Below, piece by piece: positions 9,259-18,180 of a DNA stretch of 64,000 nucleotides. The notes below the pieces were generated by a model. It saw only the letters and a program-made list of their open reading frames with translations, was not told the origin of the DNA and did not search any database. The stretch lies in the NCBI GenBank assembly GCA_963666735.1, contig OY762926.1:704001-768000 (forward strand), in the 5' to 3' direction. The position numbers were made by a program, and so were the translations under genes. The number at the start of each line of letters is the position of its first letter. Within the stretch, counting starts at the first letter, position 1. The DNA is from Gemmatimonadota bacterium (GTDB lineage Bacteria > Gemmatimonadota > Gemmatimonadetes > Palauibacterales > Palauibacteraceae).

Positions 9259-11540
9259 ACCCGCGCGCGCGGGGCGGGGAAGCGGCGTCGCGGGCCCGGG
9301 CGGCCCTGTGGCTGTGCGCAACGCTCGCGGCGGCGGCGCCCGGGGTTGCGGCGGCGCAGGACGGCGGGCGAGGGAAGCCGCCGGTGCCTCTCCATCGCCT
9401 GGAGGGCCACGGCCACGTTCACCTCGACGGCTTCGTCGACGAGCCGGCGTGGGCGGACATCGATCCCGTGCCGCTCGTGATGTATTCGCCCACCTACGGC
9501 GGGACCCTCACCGAAGAGACGAGGATCCGGATCGCCTACGACGACCGGTACCTGTACGTCTCGGGACAGTTGTTCGATTCCGACCTCGGCGGGATCCGGG
9601 CGAACAGCTTCACGCGCGACGGGTTCAGCGGCGACGACCAGTTCTCGGTTGTGATCGACAGCTACAACGACCACGAGACGGCCGTGGCCTTCGTGGTGAA
9701 CCCCAACGGAGCGCGATCCGACCGCGCGGTCTGGGGCGACGCCGAGTGGACCGCGGGCACGCGACCCTTCAACAGCGACTGGAACGCGCACTGGGATGCC
9801 GCCGTCCAGCGGACGAACGACGGATGGTCGGCGGAGATGCGGATCCCGTTCTCGACGCTCGGATTCCAGAACGCGGGCGGGGAAGTGACGATGGGGCTCT
9901 CCGTCTACCGCTCGATTTCGCGCAAGAACGAGCGCCACGTCTACCCGGATATCTCCCCCGAGTACGGCTTCTTCGGCTTCGGCAAGCCATCGCTGGCGCA
10001 ACGGGTCACCTTCCGGGGCGTGAATCGCGCGAACCCGATCTACGTGACGCCGTACGTCCTCGGCGGGATGACGCAGATCCCGACCCTGCGGGAACCGCCG
10101 GATGTGCAGGCCGCGTACTGGGAGACGACGGACGACCCCACGGGGGAGCCGGGTCTCGACTTCAAGTATTCGCCGTCGTCGAACCTGTCGATCGACCTCA
10201 CCGCCAATACGGACTTCGCCCAGGTGGAGGCGGACGACCAGCAAATCAATCTCACGCGGTTCCCCCTCTTCTTCCCGGAGAAGCGGCAGTTCTTCCAGGA
10301 ACGCTCGGCGACCTTCGACTTCGCCACCGGCGGAATCACCGACCGGGTCTTCTTCAGCCGCCGGATCGGGCTCGACCGCGGCGAACTGGTGCGCATCTAC
10401 GGCGGGGCGCGCGTGGTGGGGCGGGCCGGCGGGCTCGACTTCGGGATGCTGAACATGCAGACGGCCCCCAACGCCGGGCGGCCGGGCGAGAACATGGGCG
10501 TCCTGCGGCTCAAGCAGCAGGTCTTCAATCAGAATTCGTCGGTCGGCGGGATCGTCACCACGCGCGTCGATGCGTACGGCAAGACGAACGTGGCCTACGG
10601 TGCGGACGGCGAGGTGCGGCTGTTCGGGGACGAGTACCTCACGCTACGGTGGGCCCAGTCCTTTGACGACGACGTCGCGGAGCGCAACCCGCTCGACGCG
10701 GGGACGTTCTTCGCGCAGTTCGAACGGAGGAGGCAGGAGGGGTTCGCCTACGGCGCGCAGTATCGGCGGGTGGGGGCGGACTACCTGCCGAGGCTGGGCT
10801 TCCAGCTGCGAAACGAGTTCACGCTCTTCGGCGGATCGGCCGGTTATTCCTGGTTCATGGGCGCCGACTCGAAGCTGCGCGCCGTAACGGTCAGCGGCGA
10901 GACGCAGCACTACTACAGGAACGTGGATCTCACGCCCGAATCTCGGGTTATCGCCCCTCAGGTGATGATCGGCATGAAGTCCGGGACCTTCATGACCCTC
11001 ACGTCCCGTTCGAGCTTCGAGAGCATCCGAGATCCGTTCACGATCGCGGGACTGACGGTCGATCCGGGGGAATACTGGTTCCACGAGGCCGAGGCGTCGC
11101 TCCGGCTCTCCCGCGGCGGCCTCGTGCGCGGGGAGATCGGAGGGTCGGCCGGGAGCTTCTACGACGGTCGCCGGGTGAGCCTTCGCCTGAGTCCGGCGCT
11201 GAACCTGTCGCGGCACTTCGAGATCCGGCCGAGCTACGATATCAACCGCTTCGAGTTACCGGGCCGCGACTTCCTGACGACCCACCTCGCGAGACTCAAT
11301 CTGGACTTCGCTCTCGACACGCACCTCTCGCTGAGCACGCTCGCGCAGTACAACTCCACCACGGACCAGGTGAGCGTGAACGCCCGCTTCCGCTATCACT
11401 TCCGCGAGGGCGTGGATCTGTGGGTGGTCTACAACGAGGGCTACTTCATGGACCGCACGAACGGCGGCGTGGACCCGCGCCTGCCGTTCTCTTCGGGCCG
11501 CGCGCTCATGGTGAAGTACTCCCACACCTTCACGTTCTGA
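9255..11540 (+). CDS. DUF5916-like outer-membrane protein (paralog 3)
   Basis: GTGA overlap with paralog 2 stop; same motifs but more diverged; ends YSHTFTF. Confidence 0.75.
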   Translation: MNPRARGGEAASRARAALWLCATLAAAAPGVAAAQDGGRGKPPVPLHRLEGHGHVHLDGFVDEPAWADIDPVPLVMYSPTYGGTLTEETRIRIAYDDRYLYVSGQLFDSDLGGIRANSFTRDGFSGDDQFSVVIDSYNDHETAVAFVVNPNGARSDRAVWGDAEWTAGTRPFNSDWNAHWDAAVQRTNDGWSAEMRIPFSTLGFQNAGGEVTMGLSVYRSISRKNERHVYPDISPEYGFFGFGKPSLAQRVTFRGVNRANPIYVTPYVLGGMTQIPTLREPPDVQAAYWETTDDPTGEPGLDFKYSPSSNLSIDLTANTDFAQVEADDQQINLTRFPLFFPEKRQFFQERSATFDFATGGITDRVFFSRRIGLDRGELVRIYGGARVVGRAGGLDFGMLNMQTAPNAGRPGENMGVLRLKQQVFNQNSSVGGIVTTRVDAYGKTNVAYGADGEVRLFGDEYLTLRWAQSFDDDVAERNPLDAGTFFAQFERRRQEGFAYGAQYRRVGADYLPRLGFQLRNEFTLFGGSAGYSWFMGADSKLRAVTVSGETQHYYRNVDLTPESRVIAPQVMIGMKSGTFMTLTSRSSFESIRDPFTIAGLTVDPGEYWFHEAEASLRLSRGGLVRGEIGGSAGSFYDGRRVSLRLSPALNLSRHFEIRPSYDINRFELPGRDFLTTHLARLNLDFALDTHLSLSTLAQYNSTTDQVSVNARFRYHFREGVDLWVVYNEGYFMDRTNGGVDPRLPFSSGRALMVKYSHTFTF

Positions 11541-11590
11541 GTCGCCTGGGGAAGCCCTACGCTACGAACGGGAACGGCGCAACAAGTAGA

Positions 11591-11618
11591 AGTTTACATA
11601 ATATATGTTATGCGCCAC
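11591..11618 (-). other. dif: dif site (XerC/XerD chromosome dimer resolution site)
   Basis: Minus strand reads GTGGCGCATAA-CATATA-TTATGTAAACT, matching the 11-6-11 architecture of E. coli dif (GGTGCGCATAA-TGTATA-TTATGTTAAAT). It is an AT-rich island in a convergent intergenic gap. Confidence 0.88.
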
Positions 11619-11685
11619 TACGGGGAATGTTGGATGCATACGGGGATGCCCTCGCTTCACGAGTCCCGGCCGGAGCGTGTCGGGA

Positions 11686-12381
11686 TCAGCCGCTGCCCGC
11701 GCGCTGAGCCTTGAGCTCTCCGAGTCGGAGGCGGTAGACGCCTGCTTCCACCGGGTCCTCCCCGGCGGCTTCCTCGGCGATGGCGGCGAAGATCGTCTCG
11801 GCTTCCTCGAGACGGCCGAGGGCGGCGAGGATTCTCGCGGCGGAAGCGCGCGCCTCGCGACGCTGGAAGGCGAAGCGCGCCGTCTCTCCCAGGCCTTGCC
11901 ACGTAGCGAGGGCCGTCTCCGCGTCCCCGGACGCTTCCTGGGCCGCCGCGAGTAGCGTGCGCGCGGCGAGTCCCACCGGGCGATCCGGCGCCTCTGAAAT
12001 CGTGCTCGCGACCTCCGCAGCCTCCACGGAGCGCCCCGTGTCGAGATAGGTCCGCGCCAGGAGGAGCCGGCCTTCGTTTGCCGCCGCGACGCCATCGAAG
12101 CGCTCGACGTAGGCCTCCAGATCGGCGATGAGGAGTTCGGGATCGGTCGTGGTCATGCGCAGCGTCGCGAGTTCGTTCGCCGCCTGCTCGCGCACCGAAG
12201 CCTGGAAGTTCGTGTAGTACACGACGCCTACGACGACCATCGCGATGCCGGCAGCCCCGACCAGCACCGCCCGCATGTTGTTGTTGACCCAGGTGGCCAG
12301 ACGGAACGTGGACCGGACGAAGGCATCCTGTCGGCCGTCCCGTCCGTCCGGCGGCTTTCCGCTGGCGAGCGCGTCCGCCAT
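11686..12381 (-). CDS. Membrane-anchored TPR protein (YfgM-like ancillary SecYEG subunit)
   Basis: One N-terminal TM after 'QDAFVRSTFRLATWV', followed by helical TPR-like repeats. Confidence 0.65.
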   Translation of the reverse strand: MADALASGKPPDGRDGRQDAFVRSTFRLATWVNNNMRAVLVGAAGIAMVVVGVVYYTNFQASVREQAANELATLRMTTTDPELLIADLEAYVERFDGVAAANEGRLLLARTYLDTGRSVEAAEVASTISEAPDRPVGLAARTLLAAAQEASGDAETALATWQGLGETARFAFQRREARASAARILAALGRLEEAETIFAAIAEEAAGEDPVEAGVYRLRLGELKAQRAGSG

Positions 12382-12427
12382 CTGCCGTCCCCCTCGTTTC
12401 TTGCTCGGTTGTCGAACGGCGTGGAAG

Positions 12428-13384
12428 CTACCGGGACCGGCGGATCGCCGCTACTTGGGTCTCGTCACGGGTGCCCGGGCCCGCGCCCGCGGCGATGCGA
12501 TCGATGGCAAGGACGGCCCCCGCCCCGAGGAGTGCGAGAGCCGCCGCCGGCCAGATCTCCCCGGCGCCCGAGGGCCAGCGGTTACCCAGCAGCCACTCGA
12601 TGCGGCCGTCGCTGTGCGTGTACAGCTCGCGGAGTTGCGCCTTCCAGGGCCACAGGGCGTTGAGTGAGCCGACGAGAAACCCCGTAAGCACGGCCAGCGT
12701 GGGTGTCCGGTGACGAGCGAGGAGGCGCCGCAGGACGCGACTGAACGCGAGCAGGCCGGCGACGATTCCGAGGCTCACGGCCGCCAGCCGGACGAAGTCC
12801 AGGTTGTTCAGGGCTGCGATCACGGGCGCGTATGCACCCAGGATGAGCAGGATGAAGCTGCCGGAGATGCCGGGCAGAACCATGGCGCAAGCCGCCACGG
12901 CCGCGGCCGCCGTGAGAAAGAGGGGCGCGTCGGACCGGATGAGCGGGGGCAGCGACGTGATGGCGGCGGCCAGGGCCGCCCCGGCGGCGGCGAGGGCCCA
13001 GATGCCGGCCCGGCGATCGGTGACGCTTCGGCCGACGAGCAGGACCGACGCCGCCACAAGGCCGAAGAAGAAGGCCCACAGCTCCGCGGGCCGGTTCGCG
13101 AGCAGCCAGTGGAGCAACCCGGCGAACGCGAACACGCTCGTGCCGATGCCGGCGAGCAGGACGGCGAGGAAGCTCAGGTTGCCCGCCTGCCATACGCCCC
13201 GCACCCCCCGTTCCCGGAACGCCCCGAGCAGGCGGCCGTCGAGACCCGCGAGCGTGGCGACAAGCTCGTCGTAGATTCCGGAGATGAGGGCGATCGTCCC
13301 TCCCGAAACCCCGGGGACGAGATCCGCCAGCCCCATGGCGAGGCCCTTCGCGTACACCCCGGCCCAGGCTCCGACGGGCTTCAC
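12428..13384 (-). CDS. DUF368 family membrane protein (undecaprenyl-phosphate translocase family)
   Basis: KGLAMGLADLVPGVSGGTIALISGIY and AMVLPGISGSFILLILG repeats; LWPWK. Confidence 0.88.
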   Translation of the reverse strand: MKPVGAWAGVYAKGLAMGLADLVPGVSGGTIALISGIYDELVATLAGLDGRLLGAFRERGVRGVWQAGNLSFLAVLLAGIGTSVFAFAGLLHWLLANRPAELWAFFFGLVAASVLLVGRSVTDRRAGIWALAAAGAALAAAITSLPPLIRSDAPLFLTAAAAVAACAMVLPGISGSFILLILGAYAPVIAALNNLDFVRLAAVSLGIVAGLLAFSRVLRRLLARHRTPTLAVLTGFLVGSLNALWPWKAQLRELYTHSDGRIEWLLGNRWPSGAGEIWPAAALALLGAGAVLAIDRIAAGAGPGTRDETQVAAIRRSR

Positions 13385-14058
13385 CGCGGGCCCTCGCCCC
13401 TCGGTTCATCTTGGATGAGCGGGACGAAGCGGGCCCCGGTGATCGTCTCTCGCGCGAAATCGTCGCCCCGTCGCGTGTAGCGCCGCAGTTCCTGCCGCCG
13501 GGTACCGACGGGCACGATGAGGCGCCCCCCATCGGCGAGCTGATTGAAGAGCGCCTCGGGCGGGCGGGCGGCGGCCGCACCCACGATGATCGCCCGGAAG
13601 GGAGCGTATTCCGGCCAGCCCAGGCTCCCGTCCCCGTGCATGAGACGCACTTCCACGCCGAGGCGGCCCAGCGTGCGGGCCGCGGTCTCGTACAGGGGCG
13701 CGATCCGCTCGACCGAGTACACCACCGCTCCGAGCGCCGCGAGGAGCGCCGTCTGGAATCCCGCCCCCGTCCCCACCTCGAGGACGCGATGGCCGGAGCG
13801 GATTTCGGCGTATTCGAGACTGAGGGCGTGGATCGTGGGGCTCGAAATCGTCTGCCCCCGGCCGATGGGGAGCGGCACGTCCTCGTATGCGCGCGCCCGC
13901 ATCACTTCGGGTACGAACGCGTGCCGCGGGACGCTGTCGAACGCGTGCAGGACGGCCAGGTCGCTCACCCCCCCGTCCCGGAGCCGCTCCACGAGCCGGC
14001 GGCGGTCGCGCCGGTAGTCCGCGGCCGGGTCCCGTCCCGTCAACTTCCCAGCCGCCAC
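13381..14058 (-). CDS. pcm: Protein-L-isoaspartate O-methyltransferase
   Basis: VPRHAFV, AYED.PLPIG.GQTIS, VLEVGTG.G.Q and GGRL..PVG motifs; follows surE. Start uncertain (GTG 14058 or TTG 14043). Confidence 0.9.
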   Translation of the reverse strand: MAAGKLTGRDPAADYRRDRRRLVERLRDGGVSDLAVLHAFDSVPRHAFVPEVMRARAYEDVPLPIGRGQTISSPTIHALSLEYAEIRSGHRVLEVGTGAGFQTALLAALGAVVYSVERIAPLYETAARTLGRLGVEVRLMHGDGSLGWPEYAPFRAIIVGAAAARPPEALFNQLADGGRLIVPVGTRRQELRRYTRRGDDFARETITGARFVPLIQDEPRGEGPR

Positions 14059-14807
14059 GACCTCACCTCGTTCAGCAGTTCGAAATTCGTCAGATCGAGG
14101 TGGAGCGGCGTGACCGAAACGAAGCCGGCGCGCACGGCGCGGAAATCCGAATCTCCCCGGCCGCTCCACGCCGAACGTCCCCCTCCGATCTTGAAGTACT
14201 CGTTCCCTTCCTCATCGTGCATCCGGCGGAGCGAGTCGTGGTACACCCGGCGCCCGAGCGCCGTCACCGTGATCCCCTTCACCTCCTCGGCCGGCCGGTC
14301 CGGAAGGTTGACGTTGAAGAACGTCTCATCGGGAAGGGAATCCCGGGCGAGACAGGCTGCGATGAGCCGGCCGAGCAACTCCTCGTAACTTTCGAGGACA
14401 CGGTCGTCGCTCCCGGTGAACGAGAAGGCGATCGCGGGCACACCGAGGATCGTCGCCTCCATCGCCGCCGCCACCGTGCCGGAGTAGAGGACGTCTTCCC
14501 CCATGTTGGGACCGTGGTTGACCCCTGACAGGACAAACCGGGGCCGTACCTCGAGGATCTCCTTCAGAGCCAGAAGAACGCAATCGGTCGGCGTCCCGTC
14601 CACCATGTAGCGTCGCGGTCCGAGCCGCGTCAGACGGAGGGGGCGGAACAGCGAGAGCGCATGGCTCGTGGCGCTCTGCTCGCGATCCGGCGCCACCGTC
14701 CACACGTCACCGAACGCGTCGGCCACGCGGGCGAGCAGCGTGAGCCCGACCGACTTCACGCCATCGTCGTTGGTGCACAGGAGGACGGGATGCTCCGCTT
14801 CGGTCAC
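14040..14807 (-). CDS. surE: 5'/3'-nucleotidase SurE
   Basis: TNDDG, APDREQSATSH, GTPTDCV, SGVNHGPN.G.D..YSGT, SVTPL. GTGA overlap start. Confidence 0.95.
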   Translation of the reverse strand: MTEAEHPVLLCTNDDGVKSVGLTLLARVADAFGDVWTVAPDREQSATSHALSLFRPLRLTRLGPRRYMVDGTPTDCVLLALKEILEVRPRFVLSGVNHGPNMGEDVLYSGTVAAAMEATILGVPAIAFSFTGSDDRVLESYEELLGRLIAACLARDSLPDETFFNVNLPDRPAEEVKGITVTALGRRVYHDSLRRMHDEEGNEYFKIGGGRSAWSGRGDSDFRAVRAGFVSVTPLHLDLTNFELLNEVRSWRLGS

Positions 14808-15166
14808 CCGGCTTCGCCGTCCTCCAGGAGCTGTACCAGCTCGTCGGCCTCCCTCCGGAGGTCGCGGATCGTCTCGCGGTCCCAGGCCACGCGCGCCTCC
14901 GCCGCCAGTTCCCCGCCCGCGCGCAGCTGATCGAGTTTCCGCTTCGCTCCCTCGATCGTGTACCGCTCGGTGTAAAGGAGGTGCCGCAGGAGCTGCACGA
15001 GCTGAATCTGCTTCGGGCGGTATACCCGGTTGCCCGCCCGGTTCTTCGTCGGGCGAAGCGTCGAGAACTGCGTTTCCCAGTAACGGAGGACGTGCGGCTT
15101 GAGATCCGCGATCTCGCACACGTCTCCGATCGAGTAGTATTCCTTCGGGGCGATGCGGTCGGACAC
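14804..15166 (-). CDS. MerR-family transcriptional regulator
   Basis: KEYYSIGDVCEIADLKPHVLRYWETQF..LRP.KNRAGNRVY...YTIEGAK. GTG start after a GGGAAGGGG RBS-like tract. Confidence 0.88.
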   Translation of the reverse strand: MSDRIAPKEYYSIGDVCEIADLKPHVLRYWETQFSTLRPTKNRAGNRVYRPKQIQLVQLLRHLLYTERYTIEGAKRKLDQLRAGGELAAEARVAWDRETIRDLRREADELVQLLEDGEAG

Positions 15167-15201
15167 GCTTTCCCCTTCCCTTGCTTCCCGGCGGTTCGCG
15201 A

Positions 15202-16212
15202 CTAGCCCCAGCGCTCGGGTTTCGGCTCTCGGGCCATCAGCCGGGCCAGCGCCTCCCGGGGCGCAACATCTTCGTACAGGATCGAATATACACCGCTCGC
15301 GATCGGCATCTCCACGCCCAGATCCCGGCTCAGCTCGTACGCGGCGCGCGCCGTCCGCACGCCTTCCACGACCTGGTCCATCTCCCGTACGGCTTCCGAG
15401 GGTCGGCGGCCCGCTCCAATGGCGAGTCCGGCGGATCGATTCCGGCTCAGCCGCCCGGTGCACGTGAGGACGAGGTCTCCGAGCCCGGCGAGGCCTCCGA
15501 GCGTTGTCTCCCGCGCTCCGAAGTGCCGCGCGAGCCGAACCATCTCCGCCAGGCCGCGGTTGATGAGCGCCGCGCGCGCGTTCGACCCCAGTTCCAGCCC
15601 GTCCGAGATCCCGGCCGCGAGCGCGATCACATTCTTGAGGGCGCCGCCCAGTTCCGCGCCATCCACATCCGGCTGCGTATACACTCGAAGGTACCCGTTC
15701 CGGAACAGGCTCTGCACGGCGAGCGCATGCGCTTCGCTCCGGCTCGCGGCGACCACCGCCGTGGGGAGTCCGCGGAGAAGCTCCTCCGCGAAGCTGGGTC
15801 CTGCGAGCACAACCGTGCGCGGCCCCGCGGCCTCGCCCAGCGTCTCCACGATGACCTCCGACATCCTCCGGTGCGTCCCGATCTCGATCCCCTTCGAGGC
15901 CGAGACCAGAACCTGGTCGCCGAGGTGGGACGCGGCCTGTCGCAGCACTTCGCGAACCGCGTGCGAGGGGCACACGGAGAGGACGAAACCGGTGTCGGCC
16001 AACGCCGCCTCGAGTTCGGAGGTCACGGTGAGCGGGCGAGCCAGTTCGATTCCGGGCAGATAGCGTTCGTTCGTGCCGGACTCGCGCATCGCGGCGGCGT
16101 GTGTGGCGTCCCGCGCCCACAGCCGGACGTCGTGGCCGTTCCGCACGAGGACATCCGCCAGTGCCGTGCCCCAACTGCCCGCGCCCAGTACGGCGACCTT
16201 CTGCTCGCTCAC
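15202..16212 (-). CDS. gpsA: NAD(P)H-dependent glycerol-3-phosphate dehydrogenase
   Basis: GAGSWGTALA, SKGIE, GPSFAEE, GGALKNVIA, GLGDLVLTC..SRN. Confidence 0.95.
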   Translation of the reverse strand: MSEQKVAVLGAGSWGTALADVLVRNGHDVRLWARDATHAAAMRESGTNERYLPGIELARPLTVTSELEAALADTGFVLSVCPSHAVREVLRQAASHLGDQVLVSASKGIEIGTHRRMSEVIVETLGEAAGPRTVVLAGPSFAEELLRGLPTAVVAASRSEAHALAVQSLFRNGYLRVYTQPDVDGAELGGALKNVIALAAGISDGLELGSNARAALINRGLAEMVRLARHFGARETTLGGLAGLGDLVLTCTGRLSRNRSAGLAIGAGRRPSEAVREMDQVVEGVRTARAAYELSRDLGVEMPIASGVYSILYEDVAPREALARLMAREPKPERWG

Positions 16213-16853
16213 GCCTCGTCCTCCCTCGATTCCTGCGCCGTTCTCTCTCGGCGCGGGAGCCGGCCGCGGCGCCAATCCACCTGGAACTCCTCACGTTTCA
16301 CGATCCGCGCGAGGTTCGAACGATGCGTCCACCAGACGGTGATGGCGAGGAGGAGCGCATAGAACACGACGGAGCGCGGAGCCGCCGAACCGCGCGCCAT
16401 GATGGGCACGAGCGCCGCGGAGAGGAGGGACGCCATGGAGGCCGTCCGCGTGAGGATCACCGTCACGATCCACACGAAGAAGGCGACGATCACGGCCACC
16501 GGAACCAGCGCGGCCATCGTTCCGGCGGCGGTCGCGACCCCCTTCCCTCCCCTGAATCTCGTATACACGGGCCACACATGTCCGGAAATGGCCGCGAGCC
16601 CGTAGGCGAGCGCCCAGGCGCCGGTGCGCCCATCCCACATCGGAAAGAGCCACACAGGCACGAACCCCTTCAGCAGATCCACGATGAGCACGCCCACCGC
16701 CGGGAAGAACCCGAGCACCCGGTAGGCGTTCGTGGACCCGAGGTTGCCGCTCCCCTCCCGCCGGAGGTCGTACCCGTAGGCTCGTCCCACGAGGTAGCTC
16801 GTGGGGAAGGCCCCGATGAGATAGGCGGCAAGCGTCAGGAGCGGCGCCGTCAT
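16209..16853 (-). CDS. plsY: Glycerol-3-phosphate acyltransferase PlsY
   Basis: GSGNLGSTNAYR, D..KG, GH.WP...FRGGKGVAT, HRSNL.R. Confidence 0.95.
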   Translation of the reverse strand: MTAPLLTLAAYLIGAFPTSYLVGRAYGYDLRREGSGNLGSTNAYRVLGFFPAVGVLIVDLLKGFVPVWLFPMWDGRTGAWALAYGLAAISGHVWPVYTRFRGGKGVATAAGTMAALVPVAVIVAFFVWIVTVILTRTASMASLLSAALVPIMARGSAAPRSVVFYALLLAITVWWTHRSNLARIVKREEFQVDWRRGRLPRRERTAQESREDEA

Positions 16854-18175
16854 TCGCGCCCCGACCGCTTCTTCAGCTTGATCCGAATGGGAGATCCCTC
16901 GAATCCCCAGGCCTCCCGGAAGCCGGCGACGAGGTATCTCACATAGTGCTCCTTGAGGTCGTGTGGCCGGTTGGACCAGAGTACGAACTGCGGCGGGGAC
17001 GCCGCCACCTGGCTGCCGTACAGCAGCCGCACGTCCCCCCGGCCGCCCTGGGGGGGTTGCCGCCGCGCGACCAACCGTTGGAGGACTTCGTTCACCTCCG
17101 GGGTGGGCACGCGCCGCGCCCGCGCTTCCCGCACCTCGAACGCGAGGTCGATGACCTTCCGCACCCGCTTCCCCGTCAGCGCCGAGCAGGTGATGATCGG
17201 CACCCAGCGAAGATAGTGCGCGCGCTCGCGGAGTTCGCGCTCGAAGCCGGCCAGCGCGGAGGGTCCGCGGTCCTCGATCAGATCCCACTTGTTGGCCACG
17301 AACACGAGGCCCTTCCCCTCATCCCACGCCTCGTGTCCGATCCGGAAGTCCTGGTTCGCCGCGCCGGCCTGCGTGTCGACGAGGATGAGGCAGACATCGG
17401 CCCGGTCGATGGCCGAGGCGGCCCGCAGCCGGCCGAGGAACTCGAGGTCATCCACGATCCTGGCCCGGCGCCGGAGGCCTGCGGTGTCGATGAGACGGAC
17501 GCGCCGTTCTCCCAGGGCGAGGTCCGTGTCGATCGCGTCGCGGGTCGTTCCCGCCTCCTCGTGGACGATGACGCGATCTTCTCCGAGGAGGCGGTTCACG
17601 AAGCTGGACTTGCCGACGTTGGGACGCCCTATGACGGCGATGCGAATGTCGGCGTCGCCCCCTTCGGGCTCCGCCGACTTCGGGAGGACCGCGACCACGC
17701 GGTCCAGCAGGTCGCCCGACCCCTTGCCGCTGAGGGCCGCGAGGGGGATAGGGTCGCCGAGGCCGAGTTCGTAGAAGTCGACGTGCTCGATCGCGTCCGC
17801 GAGTTCGTCGAGTTTGTTCGCCGCGACGATCACGGGCAGGGCCGAGCGGCGCAGGAGTTCGGCGACGTGGCGGTCCACGGGCTGGACGCCGTCGCGGGCG
17901 TCCACGACGAAGACGACGACGTCCGCGTGGCCGATCGCGGTCTCGGCCTGCCGGCGCACTTCGAGGTCGATGTGCTCATCCGGCCGGACGACGAGGCCTC
18001 CCGTGTCGACGAGGAGGAAGCGCCGCCCCGCCCATTCCGCCTCGGCGAATTGCCGGTCCCGCGTCACGCCGGGTTGCTCGGCGACGATCGCGGCGCGCCG
18101 CCCCAGGATCCGGTTGAAGAGGGTCGATTTGCCGACGTTGGGGCGGCCCACGATGGCGACCGTGCGGAGAGCCAT
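16850..18175 (-). CDS. der: Ribosome biogenesis GTPase Der (EngA)
   Basis: Two GTPase domains (GRPNVGKS x2, DTGG/DTAG, NKLD/NKWD) and a C-terminal KH-like domain. Confidence 0.97.
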   Translation of the reverse strand: MALRTVAIVGRPNVGKSTLFNRILGRRAAIVAEQPGVTRDRQFAEAEWAGRRFLLVDTGGLVVRPDEHIDLEVRRQAETAIGHADVVVFVVDARDGVQPVDRHVAELLRRSALPVIVAANKLDELADAIEHVDFYELGLGDPIPLAALSGKGSGDLLDRVVAVLPKSAEPEGGDADIRIAVIGRPNVGKSSFVNRLLGEDRVIVHEEAGTTRDAIDTDLALGERRVRLIDTAGLRRRARIVDDLEFLGRLRAASAIDRADVCLILVDTQAGAANQDFRIGHEAWDEGKGLVFVANKWDLIEDRGPSALAGFERELRERAHYLRWVPIITCSALTGKRVRKVIDLAFEVREARARRVPTPEVNEVLQRLVARRQPPQGGRGDVRLLYGSQVAASPPQFVLWSNRPHDLKEHYVRYLVAGFREAWGFEGSPIRIKLKKRSGRE

Positions 18176-18180
18176 CGCTG

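Noticed and set aside
4547..11540. Repeated DNA blocks as CRISPR, DGR template/variable repeats or an assembly duplication
   Set aside because: The repeats are coding paralogs whose differences are mostly at synonymous positions and not adenine-specific; no reverse transcriptase, cas genes or spacers.
11620..11690. Element integrated at dif (IMEX) or second dif-like site
   Set aside because: Only one dif-like 28-mer seen and no phage or recombinase genes nearby.
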